A stretch of 32,000 bases of DNA from Bifidobacterium longum subsp. longum JCM 1217. GTDB taxonomy: Bacteria; Actinomycetota; Actinomycetes; Actinomycetales; Bifidobacteriaceae. Below are positions 22,368-29,629 of this stretch, in pieces. Where the stretch lies: NCBI RefSeq assembly GCF_000196555.1, contig NC_015067.1:2070001-2102000 (forward strand), in the 5' to 3' direction. Position 1 is the first letter of the stretch, and the number at the start of each line of letters is the position of its first letter. Below the pieces are notes generated by a model that had not been told where the DNA came from, ran no database searches, and saw nothing but the letters and a program-made list of their open reading frames with translations. A program made the translations under genes and the position numbers.

Positions 22368-25300
22368 TTACTCTTCCGCCGTGTTGTTGGCAGCGACGGC
22401 AGCGGCGGCAATCTGAGCCAGTTTGGCTTTGACGTCGGCGCTGGAACCAGCCGGTTCGGGAGCGGGAGCGGTGCCGCGACCGTGCTTGTTGGTTTTGACG
22501 AACGGGTCGCCACCGCGAAGCGCGTAGGGATCGTCGTAGTCGGCCGAAACGGTCGGCTGATCATGCAGGATGAAACCACGGCCCTTGCAGGTCGGGCATT
22601 CCTCGGAGAACGCCTCGACCAGACCCTGGCCGATGCGCTTGCGGGTCATCTGCACCAAACCGAGCGAGGTGACTTCGGCCACCTGATGCTTGGTGCGGTC
22701 GCGTGCCAAGCATTCGACCAAGCGGCGCAGCACCAGATCGCGGTTGGCGGGCATGACCATATCCACATAGTCGATCATCACCATGCCACCGATATCGCGC
22801 AGGCGCAGCTGGCGGGCGATCTCTTCAGACGCCTCCAGGTTGCAACGCGTCACCGTTTCTTCCAAGGACTTGCCCTTGCCGATAAAGCGGCCGGTGTTCA
22901 CGTCAATGGTGGTCATGGCTTCGGTGCGATCGATGACAATCGAGCCGCCGGACGGCAGGTAGACCTGACGCTCCATGCCCTTACGCAGCTGGGAGTCGAT
23001 GGACCACTTGTCGAACACGTCCTTGCCTTCATGCTCGGCCGGGTCCCACTTCTCCAGCTTGTCCTTCAAGTCGGGGGCCATGGTGTCAAGGTATTCCTCG
23101 ATACGGTCGTAGACCTTGTCACCTTCCACGATGAGCTTGCTGAAGTCGTCGTTGAAGATGTCGCGCACCACGCGGATGGCCACGTCGGGCTCGCCCTGCA
23201 GGAGCTTCGGGCGCTTACCGTGCCAGAATTCCTCGCGCTTGGCGTTGATGCGCTCCCACTGGCGGACCAGTGATTCGAGATCCTTGACGATGGCGTCTTC
23301 GGATGCGCCCTCGGCTGCGGTACGGATGATCACGCCCATGTCTTTCGGGGCGATCTTGGAGACGATGTTCTTCAGACGGCTGCGTTCGCGCTCCGAAAGC
23401 TTGCGGCTCACGCCGGTCATGCCGCCGGATGGCACGAGCACCAGGAAGCGGCCGGCGAGCGTGACCTGAGAGGTCAGGCGGGCACCCTTGTGGCCGATCG
23501 GGTCCTTAGTGACCTGCACGAGCACCGGGTCGCCGGACTTGAACGCCAGCTCGATGCGGCGCGGCTGGCCTTCGAGACGAGCGGCATCCCAGTTGACCTC
23601 GCCGGCGTAGAGCACGCCGTTGCGGGCCTGGCCGATGTCCACAAATGCGGCCTCCATGCTGGGCAGCACGTTCTGCACGCGGCCAAGGTAGATGTTGCCG
23701 ACGGTCTGTACTTCCTGAATGTCGGAGACGTAATGCTCGACCAGAACATTGTCTTCCACCACGGAAATCTGGGTGTGATGTTCCTTCTCACGCACCACCA
23801 TCAGGCGGTCCACGTTCTCGCGGCGTGCGAGGAAGTCCTGTTCCATGAGCTGGCTCTGGCGGCTGCGCTCACGGCGGTTGTCACGGCGGCGCTGCTTCTT
23901 GGCCTCGAGACGAGTGGAGCCCTCCACATCAGTGATCTCGTCGATGTACTGCTGCTTGCGGGAGCGTCGGACCAGCGGCTGTTCGCTGTTCTGACTCTGG
24001 TCGTCGGTGCCCTCGCCGTTCTTGCCGCCACGACGGCGACGGCGACGGCGAGTAATGGTCTGCTCCTCATCGTCCTCATCGCGATCACGGTCATGATCAT
24101 CGCGATCGTCACGACGGCGGGAACGCGTATCTTCGGCATCGTTCTCGGCGGTATCGTGCTCGCCGTTGGCACCGGTTTCGCCGCGTGAGCCGCGACGGCG
24201 GCGACGGCGCGAACGGGTGCGGGTGGCGTCGGATTCTTCGTCGCCCTCCTCTTCGGCAATCGGCGAGTAGGCGATATCGTCCAGCTCGAGGTCTTCCTCA
24301 ATCTGCTCGACTTCGGCGGCTGCACGGCGCTCCTGGGCGTTCAGGCGGCGGGAGCGACGGGAACGGCGAGAGTCGGAAGCGTCATCGGAATCGAAATCAT
24401 CATGGTCCGTGTTGGCGCTGGCATTGGCGTCACCGGCGGCAGCGTTGCGGGAAGCGTCACGAGACGCATCACGGTCGGCGGCATTGCGGCCACGATCGTC
24501 ACGGTCGTCACGGCGGCGGCTGCGCGGCTGCGCGTCGTCATCATCGTGGCTGCGCGAGCGGCGGGAGCGACGCGACGGACGTTCGTCGTCGTCAACATCG
24601 TCATCACGAGTGTCAGCGGTATCGTGCGCATCCACAGCGGCGGGCAGTACCGGTTCCTGGAAGAGCAGGGACGTCATCGGCTTGCCGCGACGCACGGCCT
24701 CGTGGCCAGAGGGCAGGGATTCGACCGCGTCGAACAGGCGCTCATCCGGGGTGTCCTCGTGCGTATCCGCAACTGCACGGCGAGAACGACGGCGAACCGG
24801 ACGGTCCTCGTCATCATCATCCATATCCATAGACGCACGGCGAGAGCGGGAGCGAACCGGCCGATCCTCGTAGTCATCATCGTCGGACTGGCGGGAGCGA
24901 GAGCGGCGGCGAACCGGGCGGTCCTCGTCGTAATCGTCATCGTCCACAACCGAACGGCGGCGGGAACGTGGGGCGTCATCGTCATCGAAATCATCGGCAC
25001 TGACAGTGCGGCGCGAACGACGAGGACGATCATCCTCGCTATCCGAGTCGGCCACTGCGGAAGCGGCGCGGCGCGAACGGCGGCGGGTTGGACGTTCGGC
25101 GGAATCCTGGGAATCGCTGGATTCATCGGAATCGCTGGAATCGGCTGACTTGGAATCGGCCGCAGTGCCGGCATCGGGAAGCGCGGGGGCTTCGAACAGC
25201 GGGGCGCGTTCCTGCACTTGCAGTTCCAGAGAAGCGCCGGCAGCACCGGTGCCGCGGACCACGCGGCGGCCGCCACGACGACGGCGAACAGGTTCGGCGG

Positions 25301-25439
25301 GCTGGGAGGCGGCGGCAGGCGCAGCGTTCACGGCTGCAGCCGAATCGGCATTGGATACGGTTGAATTATCGGTTCCGTCGTTGACGAAACCTTCACGGTT
25401 GTCAGTGGGCACAATGCTCCTCGCGGCGCGCTGCATCAC
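22368..25439 (-). CDS. rne: Ribonuclease E/G family endoribonuclease. The first ~540 aa are an Arg/Asp/Ser-rich, low-complexity N-terminal region.
   Basis: S1 domain: GNIYLGRVQNVLPSMEAAFVDIGQARNGVLY. The catalytic core follows (...GGSIVIDRTEAMTTIDVNTG...DIGGMVMIDYVDM...), with a C-terminal CPTCKGRG zinc link. The start is uncertain: GTG 25439, ATG 25436, or GTG 25412, which is preceded by AGGAG. Confidence 0.9.
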   Translation of the reverse strand: MMQRAARSIVPTDNREGFVNDGTDNSTVSNADSAAAVNAAPAAASQPAEPVRRRRGGRRVVRGTGAAGASLELQVQERAPLFEAPALPDAGTAADSKSADSSDSDESSDSQDSAERPTRRRSRRAASAVADSDSEDDRPRRSRRTVSADDFDDDDAPRSRRRSVVDDDDYDEDRPVRRRSRSRQSDDDDYEDRPVRSRSRRASMDMDDDDEDRPVRRRSRRAVADTHEDTPDERLFDAVESLPSGHEAVRRGKPMTSLLFQEPVLPAAVDAHDTADTRDDDVDDDERPSRRSRRSRSHDDDDAQPRSRRRDDRDDRGRNAADRDASRDASRNAAAGDANASANTDHDDFDSDDASDSRRSRRSRRLNAQERRAAAEVEQIEEDLELDDIAYSPIAEEEGDEESDATRTRSRRRRRRGSRGETGANGEHDTAENDAEDTRSRRRDDRDDHDRDRDEDDEEQTITRRRRRRRGGKNGEGTDDQSQNSEQPLVRRSRKQQYIDEITDVEGSTRLEAKKQRRRDNRRERSRQSQLMEQDFLARRENVDRLMVVREKEHHTQISVVEDNVLVEHYVSDIQEVQTVGNIYLGRVQNVLPSMEAAFVDIGQARNGVLYAGEVNWDAARLEGQPRRIELAFKSGDPVLVQVTKDPIGHKGARLTSQVTLAGRFLVLVPSGGMTGVSRKLSERERSRLKNIVSKIAPKDMGVIIRTAAEGASEDAIVKDLESLVRQWERINAKREEFWHGKRPKLLQGEPDVAIRVVRDIFNDDFSKLIVEGDKVYDRIEEYLDTMAPDLKDKLEKWDPAEHEGKDVFDKWSIDSQLRKGMERQVYLPSGGSIVIDRTEAMTTIDVNTGRFIGKGKSLEETVTRCNLEASEEIARQLRLRDIGGMVMIDYVDMVMPANRDLVLRRLVECLARDRTKHQVAEVTSLGLVQMTRKRIGQGLVEAFSEECPTCKGRGFILHDQPTVSADYDDPYALRGGDPFVKTNKHGRGTAPAPEPAGSSADVKAKLAQIAAAAVAANNTAEE
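24777..24944 (-). repeat. In-frame imperfect tandem repeat inside rne (3 units of about 19 aa)
   Basis: The translation reads DDDDYDEDRPVRRRSRSRQS / DDDDYEDRPVRSRSRRAS / MDMDDDDEDRPVRRRSRRAV. The DNA shows the corresponding repeats of about 57 nt. Confidence 0.85.
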
Positions 25440-25694
25440 GACGCCTATTTCCAGGCCTATACGCTTGTCTCACACCACGCTCTCACCGTGGCCGCACGAA
25501 AACGCGCCGCGTAAAGGCAACTTCGTCTCAAGTCTGTCCTGCGGGTGGCGGACACCGGCGCTTGCGTTGTCTCATTCTCAAGAGCCGCAAGGGGATCGAC
25601 GCCATCTCGCACGCTGATGGTTATGCAGAACCACCATCCTTTAGTATGCCACATATTTTGTGCGGGCGTGGCCCGGCGAGGCTGACGTTCTCTC

Positions 25695-25739
25695 GGCTCC
25701 CCTCCCCCGCGGTGACAGCTCCCCTCAGGGAGGGGAGCT
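25695..25739. repeat. GC-rich palindromic element (REP-like), copy B
   Basis: GGCTCCCCTCCCCCGCGGTGAC, then a 10-bp perfect hairpin AGCTCCCCTC-AGG-GAGGGGAGCT (25717-25739). It starts 10 nt downstream of the dapE stop. Confidence 0.6.
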
Positions 25740-25748
25740 AGAGAGGTG

Positions 25749-26954
25749 TCAGACCAGCCAGTCGGTAAGGATTGCGGCCATGGCGGTCAGGTCGGATTCA
25801 GGCACCTGCTCGTCGTGCTTGTGAGCCAGCAGCGGATCGCCGGCACCGAGGTTGACGGCCGGGATACCGAGCTGAGAGAAGCGTGCCACGTCGGTCCAGC
25901 CGAGCTTGGCCAGCGGGTCGCGGCCAGTGCGCTCCTTAACCAGTCGGACCAGATCCTGGGCGAGCGGGGCGTTCAGGCCCGGGCGCGCGGAGGGGCTTTC
26001 GTCCTTCATTTCGATGCCGTAGCCCTCGAACACGCCGCCGGTAGCCACATGCTCGCCATTGCCGAGTTCGGCACCGGCGTCCGCGCCCATCATCAGAGCC
26101 TTGGCCTCGGCCAACGACTTGTCCGGGGCGAAGCGGTAGTTGACGTGTACGCGGCATTCATCCGGAATGACGTTCGTGCCTTTGCCGCCGGAGATCAGCG
26201 TGGCGTTGAGGCCCTCGCGATAATCGAGCCCGTCCACGTTCACGGTGGCCGGCTCGTAGGCGTTGAGTCGGTTCAGAATGTCGGCCGCCTTGTGGATGGC
26301 GTTCTCCCCCATCCATGCACGGGCGGAGTGCGCGGCCACGCCGTGGGTTACGACGTCGAAGCGAATCGTACCGTTGCAACCGCCCTCGATGCCGCTGTTG
26401 GTGGGCTCGCCGATGATGGCGAAATCGCCGGTGATCCAATCGGGATGGGCCTCGACGACTTTGCGTAGGCCATTCTTTTCGGCGACGACTTCCTCATGGT
26501 CGTAGAAGACGTAGGTGAGGTCGACTTTCGGGGTGGTTTCCGGCGTGCGGCCGTCGAGCGTGGCGGCGAGGTAGAGCATCACCGCGTCGGAGGCCTTCAT
26601 ATCGGTGGCACCGCGGCCCCACAGCACGCGGTCTTCGGGATGAGCGTGGGCGATTTCTTCGCGAATCAGCGAATCGCCGGGCTCCAGCCACTTTGGTGGG
26701 AAATTGTCGATGACCGGCACAGTATCGAGGTGCCCGGCCAAGATCACACGGCTCGGCTTGCCGAAGTCGGTGCTGGCCACCACTGTGTCGCCGTGACGGC
26801 GGACGGTCAGGTGCTCTTGCTCGTTAAGGAAGGCCTCGACCTCGTCGGTGAGGGGGCCCTCGTGGTCGGACACGGAGAAGTTCTCCATGATCTGGGTGAG
26901 CAGGCTGTTCAGCTGCTCGGCAGTGGATGCGGTGCGGTTCAATTCAAGCGTCAT
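25749..26954 (-). CDS. dapE: Succinyl-diaminopimelate desuccinylase (M20 family)
   Basis: The ORF was trimmed to the ATG at 26954 (MTLELNRT...). M20 metal-ligand motifs are present: AGHLDTVP, GRGATDMK, YDHEEV. The 51-aa upstream extension runs into the divergent promoter region. Confidence 0.85.
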   Translation of the reverse strand: MTLELNRTASTAEQLNSLLTQIMENFSVSDHEGPLTDEVEAFLNEQEHLTVRRHGDTVVASTDFGKPSRVILAGHLDTVPVIDNFPPKWLEPGDSLIREEIAHAHPEDRVLWGRGATDMKASDAVMLYLAATLDGRTPETTPKVDLTYVFYDHEEVVAEKNGLRKVVEAHPDWITGDFAIIGEPTNSGIEGGCNGTIRFDVVTHGVAAHSARAWMGENAIHKAADILNRLNAYEPATVNVDGLDYREGLNATLISGGKGTNVIPDECRVHVNYRFAPDKSLAEAKALMMGADAGAELGNGEHVATGGVFEGYGIEMKDESPSARPGLNAPLAQDLVRLVKERTGRDPLAKLGWTDVARFSQLGIPAVNLGAGDPLLAHKHDEQVPESDLTAMAAILTDWLV

Positions 26955-27060
26955 GTGAACAGCGTACCGCGTGGGCGGCGGGCCCAGCACACTCACTACA
27001 TGAGATTTTGCGGCCGAATACATTTTTATGTGCCACACTGGGGTGGCGAAAGGGAGGATT

Positions 27061-28005
27061 ATGCCAGGTCTAATCAGCGCCATGCAAGGCTTCTGCGTTA
27101 TCGGCATCGTAATCGCGGTGGGATATGTTGCCGCACGAATGCGAATCGGCGGGCCGTCCGCTCAGATGGTGCTCAACCGGTTCTCCTTCTTCGTATCGAG
27201 CCCGTGCCTGATGTTCGCGATTCTCTCCAAGGAGCCGATTTTCGACATCTTCCACCCCTCGATTATCGTGGCGTTCTTCTCCGCCGTGCTGGTAGGCGTG
27301 GTGTTTTTGGTGCTCAACCGTATGTTCTTCCACCTGAATGCCCCGGACGCCACCATCGGTGCCCTGAATTCGCTGTACCTCAATTCCAATAACATCGGCC
27401 TGCCAATCGCCACCTACATTCTGGGCAATCCGGCTCTTGTGGCACCGATTCTGGTCATGCAGCAGGCCATCTTCACACCGGTGGGCCTGACAGTGCTGGA
27501 CGTGACCACCAAGGGCAAGGTCTCCATCAAGGAAATCGCCAAGCAGCCACTGCATCAGCCGCTGCTTATCGGCTCGCTGCTGGGCATTGTGGTCTCTGCG
27601 ATTTCCGCTAAAAGCGGCTGGTTCCCAGTGCCGAAATTCATTTTCGACCCGATCGACATGATCGGCGATTCGGCTGTGCCAATGATCCTGATGGCGTTCG
27701 GCATGTCCCTGCACGGCACCAAGCCGCTACAGCAGAAGGGCGATCGCCCGGCCATCTTCACGGTCGCGGTCCTCAAGAACATCATCATGCCAATTATCGC
27801 GTTCCTGCTCGCCTACTTCGTGATGGGCTTCCGCGGCTCCGAGCTGTACGCCTGCGTGGTACTCGCCGCTCTGCCCACCGGCCAGAACGTATACAACTAC
27901 GCGGCCCGCTACAACGTGGGTCTCACCTTCGCGCGCGACGGCATTCTGATGAGCACCATGACCAGCCCGGTGTTTATCGCGATCATCGCGGCGCTGCTGT
28001 CGTGA
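27061..28005 (+). CDS. AEC-family (auxin efflux carrier / malate permease-like) membrane transporter
   Basis: The ATG at 27061 is preceded by GGGAGG. The 314-aa protein is hydrophobic with about 10 TM segments. It has an AEC-like N-terminus (ISAMQGFCVIGIVIAVGYVAAR) and a short central hydrophilic segment. The family call is by resemblance only. Confidence 0.7.
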   Translation: MPGLISAMQGFCVIGIVIAVGYVAARMRIGGPSAQMVLNRFSFFVSSPCLMFAILSKEPIFDIFHPSIIVAFFSAVLVGVVFLVLNRMFFHLNAPDATIGALNSLYLNSNNIGLPIATYILGNPALVAPILVMQQAIFTPVGLTVLDVTTKGKVSIKEIAKQPLHQPLLIGSLLGIVVSAISAKSGWFPVPKFIFDPIDMIGDSAVPMILMAFGMSLHGTKPLQQKGDRPAIFTVAVLKNIIMPIIAFLLAYFVMGFRGSELYACVVLAALPTGQNVYNYAARYNVGLTFARDGILMSTMTSPVFIAIIAALLS

Positions 28006-28010
28006 TGGGT

Positions 28011-28172
28011 GCGCAGAGAAGCGTTCTCAATAGTATCCGTGCGCGCAAATGCACAGATATCGCACAAACGAACATTTGCTCATCCGCATATTTGCGGTGA
28101 TTTCAGCGTTTCTACGTTCGATTTGCGTATACGAAAGTACGCACAGTTGTTATTGAGAACGATTCGCTGCGC
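28011..28172. repeat. 162-bp element bounded by 22-bp imperfect inverted repeats (MITE-like, or a structured RNA)
   Basis: The left arm is GCGCAGAGAAGCGTTCTCAATA (28011-28032). The reverse complement of the right arm (28151-28172) is GCGCAGCGAATCGTTCTCAATA, a 20/22 match. By hand count the 118-bp core is about 46% GC, against much higher flanks. The core contains internal palindromes TGCGCGCA and CGTATACG, and the pairing GCAAATG/CATTTGC. Confidence 0.6.
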
Positions 28173-28180
28173 AGCTCGGC

Positions 28181-29629
28181 TCAGTCATCAGCCCGATAAT
28201 CGGTCAGATTCAAGCTGGCCGCCACATGATTGGACGCGAACGCGCCGATGGAAACCAGCGCATAGCACAACACAAGCCCGCCGAAGAAGCTGGCCAGCGT
28301 GGCCGGTTCGGTCATCGAAGCGGCGAACAGAGGGGCCATAAGCAGCATGGAACAGCCGCCGGCCACGATCACCACGATGTTGAGCGGGGTGAGTACCTCG
28401 ATGAATCGCGCACGGTTCAAGGTCTTGACATCAGTGCCCTCCAACACCAGCATGCGATATTCGCCGGCCTGATCGTACACGCTGCCGGCCTGCATCACAC
28501 CGGAGCTGACCGCGGCAAGCACAGCGGCGAACACTAGCGTCAGGATGCCGCCGGTGCCGATGTCGCGAATGAACACGGTGGACGGGTCGTTGGCGTCATC
28601 GACCACGGCGGCCGATCCGAAGAATCCGCAGATCGACGTGATGCCGGCGATGAACACGGCCAACGCAATGCCGGACACATTGCGCCAGGCGCGCTTAGGG
28701 TTGTCGAGAATACGGCGCATGGCAATCATCGTGGCCGCATCCTTGGGGCGCTTGGCCTTGGCCTTGGCGCGAGCGGTGACCACCCACGTGCCGATAAGAT
28801 TCACCAGTGCGAAGCACAGCAGCATGAAACCGATGATCACGGCGTCCATCACCGCCTGGCCGGCCTGAGGCAGCATGGCCGGGTTCTTGAAGACGATCAC
28901 AGCCGCCACCATGACCACCACGAACAGCACCATACGGGTGCCCGAGGGCAGTGCGGTGGCGGTGCGCGAGGTGACGCCCAATGGGGTGATTGCCACGCGG
29001 CGCAAGGTGACCAGCGACGATATCAGCGCCAAGATGGCCACGCCCGCCAAGGTGATTACCAGCGCCAGCGGGCCGACCCATAGCTGTTCGAAGGTGAACC
29101 GCTGCTCCTGGAAGGGAATCAGCATGACTGCCGGCATCAGGGCGCAATAGCCGGCAATGCCGATAAGCGCGCCGATCAGCGCCTGTCCGGCGGCGTCAAG
29201 CGCGGTGAGACGCACCACCTGACCGGTGGTCGCGCCGGCCAGACGCAGGGCGGCGAGACGGGCGTCGCGGCGGGATGCGGCCAGTCGTGCGGCGGAACCG
29301 GCGAGCGCCACGAACGGCACGACGAGCAGCATGCAGGCGAATACCGCCAACGCCACATAGGCGGTGGAGAATTGGGCCAGGCTCGTCGGGTCGCTGATCT
29401 GCCGTTTCCACGCGGCCACCGTATCGGGCCGGCAGGCACCGAAGTCGAACGCGCAGGCGACGGTATGATCGGCCGAAGCCCGCCAGATGAAACCGTGTAC
29501 GCCGCCGAGCACGGTGAGGAAGATGGTGGTGGCTGCGGCGAAGGCGATGATTGCCAGCATCGAGGTGTGGCCGGCGCTGCCGCGCAAGCCGGGGCGGTGA
29601 AACAGCCGCCAGAGGGCGAACGTGCTCAT
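28181..29629 (-). CDS. ABC transporter permease, FtsX-like family (two FtsX-type modules)
   Basis: A 482-aa hydrophobic ORF with two repeated 4-TM blocks. Its start overlaps the stop of the upstream ATPase gene by 4 nt (29626-29629). Confidence 0.8.
   Translation of the reverse strand: MSTFALWRLFHRPGLRGSAGHTSMLAIIAFAAATTIFLTVLGGVHGFIWRASADHTVACAFDFGACRPDTVAAWKRQISDPTSLAQFSTAYVALAVFACMLLVVPFVALAGSAARLAASRRDARLAALRLAGATTGQVVRLTALDAAGQALIGALIGIAGYCALMPAVMLIPFQEQRFTFEQLWVGPLALVITLAGVAILALISSLVTLRRVAITPLGVTSRTATALPSGTRMVLFVVVMVAAVIVFKNPAMLPQAGQAVMDAVIIGFMLLCFALVNLIGTWVVTARAKAKAKRPKDAATMIAMRRILDNPKRAWRNVSGIALAVFIAGITSICGFFGSAAVVDDANDPSTVFIRDIGTGGILTLVFAAVLAAVSSGVMQAGSVYDQAGEYRMLVLEGTDVKTLNRARFIEVLTPLNIVVIVAGGCSMLLMAPLFAASMTEPATLASFFGGLVLCYALVSIGAFASNHVAASLNLTDYRADD

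Noticed and set aside
24030-25617. Repetitive DNA in the 5' half of rne, and the Arg/Gly-rich ORFs on the opposite strand. These were considered as a possible CRISPR-like or minisatellite array.
   Set aside because: The repeats are imperfect and in-frame. They encode the acid/Arg block units of the RNase E N-terminal region. There are no constant-length spacers and no cas genes.
26955-27107. A 51-aa N-terminal extension of the dapE ORF, and an 11-aa extension of the AEC transporter ORF (27028).
   Set aside because: The extensions overlap each other in the divergent promoter region. The internal starts fit better: ATG 26954 for dapE, and ATG 27061 preceded by GGGAGG for the transporter. They give N-termini typical of the families.
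28009-28341. A 110-aa plus-strand ORF starting just after the AEC transporter gene.
   Set aside because: It crosses the AT-richer inverted-repeat element and then runs antisense into the 3' end of the FtsX permease gene. The product is basic and low-complexity, with no SD.
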